DNA from: Octopus vulgaris
Lineage: Eukaryota
NCBI GenBank assembly: GCA_951406725.2
Contig: OX597818.1
Location: forward strand, 93,992,001 to 94,056,000
Direction: 5' to 3'
DNA length: 64,000 nucleotides
A program made the position numbers and the translations under genes. The notes below the pieces were generated by a model, which searched no databases, was not told the DNA's origin, and saw only the letters and a program-made list of their open reading frames with translations. Of the stretch, positions 25,363-38,439 are shown one piece after another. Within the stretch, counting starts at the first letter, position 1. Each line of letters begins with the position of its first letter.

Positions 25363-26759
25363 GAGCTAATAGTGAGGGATTATCAATCTGGACAAAATAC
25401 TTCATAAGTTCTCTGTTGGCACACCAGGCTAATAGTATTATTTAGATTAGAGAAGAACTCCAGCTATTCTTATGGAAGGGTTCAAGGTTATGGTTCATCA
25501 CAATTCTGTATTGTAATTGTAAATCTATGGATGGGCTCCTGACAAACTAGTTTTTACACAGTGACAAGTTAAAAATAATGGTCATTACATATTTTTAACT
25601 TGTTTTATATATATATATATTACTTTTTTTTCAAAACACCCATTTCTTCTATTTATTGAGGTACTTATATAACAGATGCTATCAAATACTTCTCATGATC
25701 ATTTGGGGTATTTAAGAGACTTCATTACCTGGGTACATTTACTACATATGAAATCTTTCTTCTTTATCAGCCTGTTTGATCTATTACCTTTTCCTTTTGT
25801 TTGTGCCAAATACATGGTCTAGAGTTCCTTGATTACTCTTTCTGTATAGAGAGTATGGCTACTTTCCAGCTTGTAGTTGTATTCTTTATATTTACTTTTA
25901 TGTTAAATATGACCTTTACAATTCTAGACTTGGCTTCCACATTTGGAACTTTTTTCAAATTCTTTGTCTGATATGGTTATAAACAATTAGATTACCAAGC
26001 TCCCATGAGTAACCAATCCTGATCTCCTTTGTCATGGAGAATATAATAAGCAGGACTCAAAGTTTCAGAGAGACAACTACATGCACGGTAAATTTCTCAC
26101 TGGGCTTGTTAAAAACTCACTTTGCTGACAGTGCTTTGCAGAGCTCTGACAAGTTATTCCTCTACCTCCAGTTCTTTTAGTGACAATCAACTGTGGAATA
26201 TTGTACATTGTTGGAGGCCTTTTTTTTTAACTCAATAAATGCTTAATATAATGGTTTGTTCTTAATATAATGGTTTAGTTGCCTAGCTAAGAAGAAGAAT
26301 CAGTGATTCTACATCTTGGCAAGATAAAGGACTATTATAGGTTGCAAAATGTACAACCCACGGAGCAGTTGAAAGTAGTAACTGCAAGCAAGAACTGGCT
26401 CAGAGTAGAAGGAGCTTTTTACTTCTCTCGTATGGGACAACTTCTCCAATGCCAGTATCAATATAAAATACATCCAGTACACTCTATAAAACTTGCTCAA
26501 CACAACAAAGTTGTCTGGTTTTTCTGTTGCTGTGTGTGTGTGTGTGCAAGATATAGAAGATTATGGTGAGTGGTAATCCATCTAACCATGCCAGCATGCA
26601 AAAATGGATGTAAAATGATGATAGAAAGAAGTGGTCATTGTATATGACTCAAGCATGGCTAATTAGTTAAGAAATTTGCTTTGCAATCATAACTCTGGTC
26701 AGTAATTCTTGATGTTGATGTGGTCACTACAGTTTGGGTTTTTTTTTTCCTGCTTTTAG

Positions 26760-26849
26760 GTTTGGTATTGGTCGTTTCACAACAGAAGCAGAGATAGACT
26801 ATACCGTTGAGAAATGTAACAAGTTTGTGAAGGAGCTGAGGGAAATGAG
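26760..26849 (+). CDS. NFS1: NFS1 exon 12
   Basis: ttag| (R)FGIGRFTTEAEIDYTVEKCNKFVKELREM-ag |gtgagt. Confidence 0.97.
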
Positions 26850-27018
26850 GTGAGTGGTTTGCAAATTTCTCCAAATTATTTTTATAGAAAGGATGGGTGG
26901 GTACTTTCGACCTAATTCCATTGCTATGATGGGATTATAATGGGGTAGTTTGTGGAGCAGATAAATGTTGTTTGTTAGTCACTAAAAGAACTAAATATCT
27001 CTTATTCTATCATTTCAG

Positions 27019-27082
27019 CCCTCTCTGGGAAATGGTACAGGAAGGAATTGATTTGAAAACTATTAAGTGGACCCAACATTGA
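27019..27082 (+). CDS. NFS1: NFS1 exon 13 (terminal)
   Basis: tcag| (S)PLWEMVQEGIDLKTIKWTQH* ; conserved NFS1 C-terminus. Confidence 0.98.
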
Positions 27083-27651
27083 ATGATATTGTGGTAGTAT
27101 TGAACTGTACACACCAACTGTTACTTCCAGGCCTGTCTGTGCAAAGTCGATGTGTCTGGCCCCTAATATTTGCAAGAAACATACAAGTCTGACCTCTAAT
27201 TGACAATATACACTCCTATGTAGCGTTATTGCATAATATTTAATAATAATAATAATAATCTATTTTTAAAGATATTTTGAGCTTATTATTTTTTATTATT
27301 GAATGTTGGACAAAATGTCTAAGAGTATTACTGTATTTATTCCAGCTCTTCATATCCTGAGTTTGAATAATTTGGGGTTTTGGGTTTTATTGCTATGAAA
27401 GAAATATAGCTGGTACTGTGTGATACCATTCAGTTCTCTGCATATTTATGACAAAATTTCAATCCTCTGTTGAAGTATGTTTTTTTTTTTTTCATGTGTC
27501 TTTCAGATCTTTTTCCCAATCTATACATTCTAAAGATTGTAAAGTGTAAATGCATCAAAATTAGTTGTAAGTTTTGTGCTGATCACTTACCAAAGTTGCC
27601 ATATAATCATGGGTAAAAATAATTTGATTTGTAATTTTCTAAAAAGTTTTA

Positions 27652-27703
27652 AATAAATTTGTTTTGAAATAAACTTAGGAAAACATTTTTTTGTTTTAAT
27701 AAA
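27652..27703 (+). terminator. Cluster of AATAAA hexamers, probable NFS1 polyadenylation signals
   Basis: Three AATAAA within about 50 nt, roughly 570 nt after the stop codon, with T-rich tracts nearby. Confidence 0.5.
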
Positions 27704-28685
27704 TTAATGTTGCACAATGACACAGGTATGGCTGTGTGGTAAAAAGTTAGCTTCCCAACCTTATGGTTCTGGGGTCAGTCACACTACATGGCAGCTTGGC
27801 CAAGTGTCTTCTATTATAGCCCCAGGCCAACCAAAGCCTTGCAAGTGGATTTGGTAGAGGGAAACTGAAAAAAGCCTGTCATCGCTATCATCATTTAACA
27901 TCTGTTGTCCATGTTAGCATGGGTTGGATGGTGTGACCAGAGCTAGCAAACCCTTGGGGCTGCACCAGACTCTAGTCTGATTTGGCATGGTTTCTACAGC
28001 TGGATGCCCTTCCTTATGCCAACCACCTTACAGTGTGTGCTGAGTGTTTGTAATGTGGTACTGGCACAGGACTCTTGCAGACCAACCCTCTTCACCAGGG
28101 TATGTAGTCTTAACACTTCTGCTGTGGAGGACAAATCTTCTTGGGTACAGCAAGGTGCCAGGTATCTTGGTCCTTTGTCATCTCATCTGAAAGGTTCGGC
28201 ATTCAGAGATCATACTTCATCCCTTGTCTTCCTGGATCTTCTCCTTCCATGAGTTCTATCCACTTTGAGTGATTGGCATTTCTTTATGGTGCTGTTGGCT
28301 GGATTAATTAAATTCACTATGTCTTCTCTCAGAAGTGTGGCTTTGTACATATTTTAGAAATCATTTTTGTTATTGATGTTGTTCTTAGGTTGATTGATGG
28401 CAGAATTAATACAGTGCCTGGCAAAAGTTCTTTCAATGTTTAACTATGACCCTTTATGTTGTTTATGTTGTAAGTTCATTTTCTATGATGGTTGGCTTAA
28501 CTTTATATCCTTCTAGGTTTTGAAAGCTGAATAAAATATCTAATAAAGAGCATTCATTGATTGGATAACATTACACATGAAGAGATACAGAATCCAACAG
28601 TCTCCAGATAAGTTATACATAGGAGAATTTTTATGGACAAGGTATGCCAAATATGAGAAATAGAAGGATCAAAATATAGTATCAG

Positions 28686-29035
28686 ACTAGCACTATGACC
28701 CGGCAACGCCGAGTCATAGTGCTAGTGCGTGCGTACACACATACACGCGAGTACTGTCCAAATCTCCGACCAATCACATACAGCTAGCTGGTATTCAATT
28801 GACGTATCAAGTTTTGGGCATTTTAATTGGGTTTTGGATAGAAAATTCACAAAAATGTCGCTTCTATTGATTTTTTAATGGCTTTGCGGGGTGACTGGGG
28901 AAATGTAAAGATGTGCACGACCACCCTTGGATGGTTTTGAATGACCATAGAAAGTGCGAGCCCTCTAAATGAAAAATTGTGGATTTGTATAAAGGACATG
29001 CACACAGACATTTTGCTGTTTATATATATAGAGAT
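28686..29035 (+). mobile_element. Helentron/HINE-like element with a 41-bp terminal palindrome
   Basis: actagcactatgac-ccggcaacgccga-gtcatagtgctagt; ends gtttatatatatagagat. Confidence 0.7.
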
Positions 29036-29379
29036 ACAGGATTCACCATATCCTGGTGGGGCTGTGGGAGTATTAAATGTTTTGGCATAGCTATTTTTAT
29101 ACTGCTGATTCAATGTCAACTTATTTGACATCAGAAGTTTTAATGTCTTTCTTATTTTCTCTTCTCTCTCTCTCACTCTCTCACTGTTTATGTGTGTGAG
29201 TATCTAGTTATGTCTTTATTATCATCATTTAAAACGCATGTTCCATGCTGACATGGAGTGTAATGTTTCTTTCCCATTATCTGTATGTGTATATTTCTGT
29301 GCATGTTTTTGCCTCTGTTACAGAAATGTAGTTCTGCCAAAACAGTCATGCTAAACCATTAGCATCTCGACGGCCATTC

Positions 29380-31300
29380 CCAGTTATCTCATTCTGTCCA
29401 GGAGAGAGCAGATCTCACATCAGTAAATCCCCATAAAGTACCTCTGTGAAAATAGTACTAAACAAAGGTCTCGACTTCACAACAAACATCAAACAAGTTC
29501 TATACTTAGACATGACAGCCCCATTTGAGGAGATACATTTGAAAATACCTAAGACGTAGACTAACAAGTTGAGATAGAATCTGGAAAAAGTTCTAGAGAA
29601 AGCCAGTCTTCATGAACTGAACATTACAAGAGAGTAATAAAAAAAGTGGTTGTCAGAACACTGCAAACTGGTACTACTACAATTATAGCATCAGGGGATA
29701 AAAGCATCTCATGGGTGGTGATGACAAGTTGGAATATTTAGAGAAACTAATAAACCTGGTTAGGGACAGTAGCTACTGTAACTCTTTTACTTTTTTTACT
29801 CATTTGACTGCGGCCATGCTGGGGCACCGCCTTTAGTTGAGCAAATTGACCTCAGGACTTATTCTTTTGTAAGCCTAGTACTTATTCTATTGGTCTCTTT
29901 TGCTGAACATGCTAAGTTACGGGGACGTAAACACACCAGCATTGGTTGTCAAGCAATGTTGGGGGGACAAACATATACACACACACACACACACATATAT
30001 ATGATGGGCTTCTTTCAGTTTCTGTCTACCAAATCCACTCACAAGGCTTTGGTTGGCCCGAGGCTATAGTAGAAGACACTTGCCCAAGGTGCCACGCAGT
30101 AGGACTGAACCTGGAACCATGTGGTTGGTAAGCAAGCTACTTAACACACAGCCACGATACAAAATATTGTCACAGATCCTGAAAAAGGACAACAATAATT
30201 TCACATTGAATCAATATAGACAACACAACTGAATCAACATTTCAGTACTATGCCACTTATGTATGGTCTGCCCCAAATCCCCCCAAAATATGTTCCATTA
30301 AAATTTTTCATCAGATGCCAGAGCTCAACATGACATCTACTGAGCATATTACTTGTAGATATAAACCAACACAGTTTTTGATGCTATACCAAGAATTCTA
30401 CTTTCTTTGTGATCATAATTGAAAGGTGACTTTCATCATCATTGTCATCATCATCATTGTTGTTTTAACATCCACTTTGTGTATTTCATATCATGCAGTT
30501 ATGGCAAGTGAATATAAAGATGGATTAGCCATCAGTTTAGAGTTTGAACTCCACCACGGCTGGAACTTGTTCAGGAATTCATATATGCTTGACATTTTAT
30601 TTTGCAACATAATGTCAAAAATTTTTCACAGGTATGTTAGGTGGAAGTGGTTAAGTGTTTTTGGCATATTTTTTGTAAACTGTCCAGGTTTTACCACCAT
30701 TAATTAGTGCTGTCACCATGACAGTTTTGTATATGTGAAGTTTGTTTTTTATAGTCAAACCAGATTTTTACAAACCTTGTGATGAAGACATCCAGAGGCA
30801 GAGATGGCTTTGGATGTCTTCATCATTCTATTCTCAGGTGTCATCTCCTCTCAGCAGGTTGATTGTCAAGTATCCCCATTCAGGTAGTCAAAGACCGATG
30901 AATTATTCCATGTGAATGTACATAGTGAGGACCCAATCCCTTTCATAAATCGGTATTCCATTAAGAGAGTGCCCCAGACACACCCAATAGATCTTGCTAT
31001 CATATCTTATAATCCATTGACCATATTGGGTTTTTCTGCCTCATTTACCATTTCAGCCTTCCTACACTTAATGAGTAACATCCCCTGTACAACAATCCTT
31101 CCAAGATTGCTGATATGTGCATGTATATATGCAGCGGTAATATTCAGCAATCAGATCACTGTATCTGAATTAACAATTTGTTAGAATATTACTCACATGA
31201 TAAGAAAATCTGTCCAATCATGACTTGGCTTCAGCAACGATTTAATCTTTTGGTGCACTTCTTTTTAAGCCTAACCATTGCTATGAATTCAGTGCACCTT
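29380..31300. mobile_element. Decayed Penelope-like retroelement; N-terminal RT on +, C-terminal part apparently inverted; interrupted by a SINE
   Basis: + strand: VLNKGLDF (~29456), GDKS..VVM..EYLEKL (~29695), MYGLPQIPPKYVPLK (30259; compare YGLPKIHK..PLRP). Minus strand: LPLDVFITR (~30790; compare LPFLDV). Confidence 0.68.
29781..30155 (-). mobile_element. SINE family A
   Basis: Near-full-length copy similar to 5496-5867. Confidence 0.9.
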
Positions 31301-31864
31301 TGCTACTTAGAGAGAGAGAGAGCATTGACACAGCAAAGATAAGATGGCAGACAGATATGGACAGCTACTGACAGCAGCTAAACAATGATGCACAATGACC
31401 AACACCAGCACCAAATAACTACACTTTGACTGCTATTACAATCTCACCAAGAACAATAACATTCAAACTCTCTTGATGTTTTGTCATTCATAGTAATGAC
31501 AACATATTTCTTTGCTTACGAAAAGAAGGAATATATTTGTTTATCATAAATCTCAACAGATATTGGTGTTCTTCTTTATAACAACTGGTGACCTCCCATG
31601 ATAAAAGTCACAGTTAGCATTTGTGAAACACACATACACATGCAAAACTCTGTTGAGTCACCATAAAAGATAAATCACAGGTGTGAATAACTCTTTAAGA
31701 ATTATAACCAAAAGGCTCCTATTTCCTATACTCTGAATTACTTATTTCCAATAATCGCTGGTAATCCAAGCTTGCTTTTCTTTCAAAATATTCACCATTT
31801 GAATATTTTTTGAAATCTCAAATAAAAGTTTGAAGAATACATCCATCAAATGATATATATATAT

Positions 31865-32252
31865 CTTTTATCTTTTACTTGTTTCAGTCATTTGACTGCA
31901 GCAATGCTGGGGCACCATCTTAAAGGGCTTTTTAGCCAAATGAATTGATTGTAGGACTTATTTTTTGAAGCCTAGTAATTATTATATTGGTCTCTAGTGC
32001 TGAACTGCTAAGTTACAGGGATGTAAACACATCACCACCAGTTGTCAAGTGAAGGTGGGGGACAAACAGAGACACTCACACATAGATATCTACACACATT
32101 TATATATAGGATGTTTCCTACCAAATCCACTCATGAGGCTTTGGTTGGCCCAAGGCCGTAGAAGACATTTGTTCAAGGTGCCATTCAGTGGAACTGAACC
32201 TGGAGCCATGTGGGTGAGAAGCAAGCTTCTTACCACACAGCCATGCTTGCAC
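31865..32252 (-). mobile_element. SINE family A
   Basis: Same head and tail motifs as 5496-5867. Confidence 0.85.
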
Positions 32253-32258
32253 CTATCC

Positions 32259-33783
32259 TCATCGTTTAGCATCCGCTTTCCATGCTAGCATGGGTTGGAC
32301 GGTTCAACTGGGGTCTGGGAAGCCAGAAGGCTGCACCAGGCCCAGTCTGATCTGGCAATGTTTCTACGGCTGGATGCCCTTCCTAATGCCAACCACTCCA
32401 TGAGTGTAGTGGGTGCTTTCTATGTGCCAGACGAGTCTGGCAAATGGCCATGATCGGATGGTGCTTTTTATGTGCCACCGGCATGGGGGCCAGGCGAGGC
32501 TGGCAATGGCCATGAGGGGATGGTGCTTTTTACATGCCACTGGCACGAGGCCAGTCGGGGCGGCGCTGGCAACGTCCACGTTCGGATGGTTCTCTTACGT
32601 GCCACCGGCACTGGTATCTCAGCTGCAATTTCCATTGATCGATTTCAATTCTGATTCTCACTTGCCTCAACAGGTCTTCATAAGTAGAGTTTTGTGTCCC
32701 AAGAAGGGAAGGTATGCATAAGTGGATTGGCTACATCCCGTGTAGAAGGCCACTGGTTATGGTCTCACTTGTCCTGCCGGGTCTTCTCATGCACAGCATA
32801 CTTCCAGAGGTCTCGGTCTCTAGTCATTTCCTCAGTGAGACCTAAAGTTCGAAGGTCGTGCTTCACCACCTCGTCCCAGGTTTTCCTGGGTCTGCCTCTT
32901 CCACAGGTTCCCTCAACCGCTAGGGTGTGGCACTTTTTCACACAACTATCTTCATCTATTCTCGCCACATGACCATACCAGCGCAAACGTCCTCTCTTGC
33001 ACACCACATCTGATGCTTCTTAGGCCCAGCTTTTCTCTCAAGGTACTTACACTCTGTTGAGTATGAACACTGACATTACACATCCATCGGAGCATACTGG
33101 CTTCATTTCTTGCGAGCTTATGCATATCCTCAGCAGTCACGGCCCATGTTTCACTGCCATGTAGCATGGCTGTTCGTACACACGCGTCATACAGTCTGCC
33201 TTTTACTCTGAGCGAGAGGCCTTTTGTCACCAGCAGAGGTAAGAGCTCTCTGAACTTTGCCCAAGCTATTCTTACTCTAGCAGTTACACTTTCAGCACAC
33301 CCACCCCCGCTACTGACTTGGTCACCTAGGTAACAGAAGCTATCAACTATTTCTAGTTTTTCTCCCTGGAAAGTGACAGAAGTTGGTCTCAGAGCATTTT
33401 CAGTGTTTATTGTTCCTGAGCATCTGCCACATACAAAAACTATCTTCTTAGTTAGCCTTCCTTTTGACATTGCTGCACCTCTTATCTATCCATAGCTTAC
33501 ACTTGGTGCATCTTATAGAGTTTCTACCTACACCTTTTCTACAGATCGAGCAGGGCTATCTACCTGAAGGCGTTTGTGATTTGTCTACCTTCCTACTTAT
33601 TAGGACCTTGGTTTTAGCTAGATTGACTCTAAGGCCCTTCGATTCTAATCCTTGCTTCCACACCTGAAACTTCTCCTCCAGTTCTGATAGTGACTCAGCA
33701 ATTAGAGCAAGGTCATCAGCATAGAGGAGCTCCCAAGGGCATCCTGTTTTGAATTCCTCCGTTATTGCCTGGAGGACTATGAT
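32259..33783 (-). mobile_element. 5'-truncated RTE LINE with frameshifts
   Basis: LLYADD (~33715-33730), PHD-type finger, FCYLG, GRGRPRKTW, 3' UTR hairpin repeats. Confidence 0.96.
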
Positions 33784-34439
33784 ATATAAAAAAAATTATA
33801 TAAATGACAAGAAAGCAAAGAATTATGTAATGACTTTCTCTAAAGCTTTTGTATATTGTTCTAACACCAGGTCATTAATATTGCTTTGCATAAACAAAAA
33901 TATTAAAACATATGCACACACACATACACCTGCACATAGAGATGGGGGAGAGAGAGTGAATCGTTCAATGCATTTTGTTTTGTAATTTTAGTATTCTGAA
34001 TTCAGTTCCTACCAAATTTAACTCTCTAGATACACAAACAAATATATAAATAATGATAAAATAAAATAGAATATGAAACCCAGCAATATATTCCTTGTTC
34101 AGTTTACATATAACTACAATGTACTCCATCACAGAACAAAAAAAAACAACTTTGTACTTTGTCATGTACATATAAATGTAAGCTATCCAATCAGTAACAT
34201 TTCCAAAGAATTACAATAGAGAGAGGTGAAGAGAGAAGGAGGAGGAGAAGGAAGAGGTAAAGACAAGAGATTGGATTGGTTGAATATGTGATGTCATCAA
34301 TATTTAATCTCTGGTAAAATTTGAATTTCTAGACTTGCATTTGTTGTTAGTGATTTCAACTGTTATTTAAGTTAACTTTCAAAACAAACTATACCATATA
34401 AAGAATCTTACAAACTAGACACAAAAATGAAGCAAATAT

Positions 34440-34487
<48 letters not shown>

Positions 34488-34506
34488 CATACATACATAC
34501 ACACAC

Positions 34507-34537
<31 letters not shown>

Positions 34538-34964
34538 CATATATATATTTATATATATGTGTGTGTGTGTATGTATGTATATACAGATTACATTTTCACA
34601 AATATATAATATGGCATAAATATGTATTTATATAAATACATTTATAATTTTGTGTATGTGTGTTGCTTTTACTGTACTTCTTTTGATGTTGCAGATTTTG
34701 TTGTTCCAGGTAAACTTATTTTCTGATGGCTAAATTGTTCATGTATTGCATTTATTGTCGTGTTTATAGACATGGTAGTGGACATTATTGATATTATTCG
34801 GGTAGATAATATCTTTATTGTTGAGGATTTGTTTTCTTGCTTTTTTTTTTTTTGTGAAATGGTTTTTGTTGTAAACATTTACTGCTGTACTGTAGTTATA
34901 GGTGGAGTTATTATTTTTTTTTTTTACTTCAGATGTTGTTACTGTTAATATTCTTTGTTACTAA

Positions 34965-35585
34965 GGTGGTGAGCTGGCAGAAACATTAGCATGCCGAGTG
35001 AAATGCTTAGCGGTATTTTGTCTGCCGCTACGTTCTGAGTTCAAATTCCGCTGAGGTTGACTTTGCCTTTCATCCTTTCGGGGTCGATTAAATAAGTACC
35101 AGTTACACACTGGGGTCGATGTAATCGACTTAATCCATTTGTCTGTCCTTGTTTGTCCTCTCTGTGTTTAGCCCCTTGTGGGTAGTAAAGAAATAGGTAT
35201 TTCGTCTGTGTTTATGTTCTGAGTTCAAATTCCGTCAAGGTCGACCTTGCCTTTCATCCTTTCAGGGTCAATAAATTAAGTACCAGTTACGCTCTGGGGT
35301 CGATGTATTCGACTTAATCCCTTTGTCTGTCCTTGTTTGTCCCCTCTATATTTAGCCCCTTGTGGGCAATAAAGAAATAAGAAATGTTAGCACACCGAGT
35401 GAAATGCTTAGCAGTATCTCGTCCATCGTTATGTTCTGAGTTTAAATTCCGCCGAGGTTGACTTTGCCTTTCATCCTTTCGGGGTTGATAAATTAAGTAC
35501 CAGTTGCATACTAGGGTCGATCTAATTGACTGCCCCCCCCCCTCCCCAAAAATTTCGGGCCTTGTACCTTGAGTAGAAAAGAATA
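34965..35585 (+). mobile_element. Tandem trimer of SINE family B
   Basis: ttctgagttcaaattccg...gcctttcatcctttc recurs at ~35033, ~35217 and ~35434. Confidence 0.9.
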
Positions 35586-36604
35586 TTCTTTAACTGGTGT
35601 TACTATTTGCCAAGTTACTCCTATTTTTTAGATCTTTAATGAAGGCCCTCTTAACAGTCACCACCCTAACTTTCTTCAGATATAAAATGACTAAGACTAC
35701 ACTCCAATGTGTCATCTTTTAAAACAGTAAGATTTGATCTGAGTGAGATTCAGCTGCTGTTTCTATTAGGTTGAGTTATCATGTAGAACCTCTATCATTG
35801 GCCTAAGCTATTGATGTTATTGTTGTTGGGAATTAATTTTTTAATTTTTTTTTTTTTTTTGCATATGTAATCATTTTAATTCAAAGTATGAAAAGGAATA
35901 TATTTTACAAAAGAAAAACAAAAAAGGGGGGAGAAAGAGAAAAAACAACATCAATGCAACACCAAGTGCTTCAATTGATCACACACCATAAGGTTCAACA
36001 GAATCTACTGAAGCAAGCCAGCACACTCGTGGCATTACCACAGGCTAAGGCATTGGAAAAGCCAAGCACCCTCACAGGCATCACCAGACATTGTTGATGA
36101 TGTTGTTGCTGTAGTATATATTATTAACATAATTTAATCACCTATTATATGTATGTATGTATGTATATATATGTATGCATATATTTATGTGTGTGTGTGT
36201 GTGCTTTCATATATATATATATATAATTATAATTAAGGGTATCTAAAAGATGCCATCGTGCTAGAGATAGCAGTCAAAACTTGACTCTAGTGGTTTTAGA
36301 GTCAAGTTTTGACTGCTATCTCTAGCATGATGGTATCTTTTAGATACCCTTAATTATAATTTTAATAATAATTATTACCTATGAGGTTTTTATTCTATAC
36401 TAGCCACATGATATGATCGGTATTTTAAAAAACGATCTTAAACTTATATATATATATATGTGTGTGTATATATATATATATATATATGTGTGTGTATATA
36501 TATATATGTGTGTGTATATATATATATGTGTGTGTGTGTATATATATATATGTGTATATATATATACATATACATACATATATACATATACATATATATA
36601 TATC

Positions 36605-36652
<48 letters not shown>

Positions 36653-37619
36653 TATATTATGGATTTTGGGTCTCTATCATCTAGCATCACTATCTTTCCA
36701 AATCTTGAATTTTTGGTCCTCCAAAGTCATCTCGGTGTATAAGTTAACTGTAAACTTTGGTCTTAAAAATTTGACTTCCTATGGTAGAAGAAAACTTGTA
36801 AATGAAGGATGTTAACTGTGTCAAATAACCTGATTTAATATTTTATCTGACATAATGGTAATTTAGAAGATGATGAGTTGACAGGGTTTTTAGAGTCTCA
36901 GACAAAAAGTTTTCCAGATCTCTGCTCAGATCCCATTGAAGTCAACTATACTTTTGATCCTTTCTGGGTCAGTAAATGAAGTACCAGTTTTGTACTGGTA
37001 TCAGTTCAGCTCTTTTCCTCACTTTTCCACTCTTACCCTCTGCGAACAAAGTTAGCTGCATCTAGATTTGTAGAGGTATGGGCAGTGTCAGGTTTCAAAT
37101 ATGCCCAAGAAATGCCGTGTTGCAAAAGGTTTGTGGTATTTAATTACATCTCTTCATGTTTTGGATCCAGCTTTTGGAATCAAATTTACCTTCCTTCCTT
37201 CACAGGTTAATAAAATAATTAATCAGGAGTTGAGGGCTCAAGGATGAAAGTAAGAAGCAGTTATTTAATGGAAGGGAATGTAATCTGTTAAATTGACTCT
37301 AGTACTTCACAAGTATTTATTTTATTAACCTGTGAAGGAAGAAAGGCAAACTTGATCCCAAAAGCTGAATGCAAAATATTAAGAGATGTAAGTAAATATC
37401 ACAAGCCTTTTGAGTAACTCTGCTGATCCTGTCAACCATTACTCTTCATCTGACCACAACGACAACAACAACAACAATAATAATAATCCTTTCTACTATA
37501 GGAAAAAGGCCTGAACTTTGAGGGGAGGGGGCAAGTTGATTAAAATGACCCGAGTGCTCAACTGGTACTTATTTTATTGACCTAAAAAAGATTGAAAGGT
37601 GAAGTCAACTGCACTATTT

Positions 37620-38150
37620 GTCACAGCTGACTAGTTTGCAAAAGCAGTTGGGACATGAAGACCAGTTGGAAGCTTGCTATGCAATAAAGTTTTGTGTTAA
37701 ACTAGGCAAAAATACTACAGAAGCTTATGAAATGTTCCAGACTGTTTTTAGATTAACTTGTATGAACTGAGCTTCTGCTTTTCACAGGTACAAGAGACCT
37801 GGCAAATCAAGTCCACTGGGAAAATCACGATGATCCTCTTTTTTAACAGCAAGGGTGTCATCTACATCCACTGGGTTCCCTCTGGTCAGAAACTCAACAA
37901 AGAATACTTTGTGGAGGCTTTGAAAAAGTTCAGAAAGAGATTTCATTGCAAAAGGCTAGAGCATCTGTGCCAGGGCAATGAACCAGGCTACAATTCCATC
38001 CTTGTAACTAATTACTTGACAGAGATGTGCACCAGAACTATCCCTCACCCTCCCTACAGTCCAGTCCTTGTTCTCTGTGACTTTTGGATCTCCTCCAAGC
38101 TGAAGGAGAATATGAAGGAGGCTGTGACACCTTCACTTGAGAACTAATCA
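37620..38150 (+). mobile_element. Internally deleted mariner transposase remnant
   Basis: AIKFCVKLGKNTTEAYEM followed by MILFFNSKG...HWVPSGQ...HPPYSPVL..CDF. Confidence 0.88.
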
Positions 38151-38289
38151 AATATAAATTAACAAATGTAATTTGGAAAGTTTGAAGCCTAGGTCCTAGG
38201 TTATTCACATCTGGGTTGTACATATATTTAATGTTCTTCCTACAGGTAAGATGAAATTTTTTGTTTGCTGCTCACAAACATATTTGCCA

Positions 38290-38335
<46 letters not shown>

Positions 38336-38394
38336 TGTTCACTTTCCAGCACATGATCTCAGATCAAATCACTTGCTATGCAAGTACATCTTTG

Positions 38395-38439
<45 letters not shown>

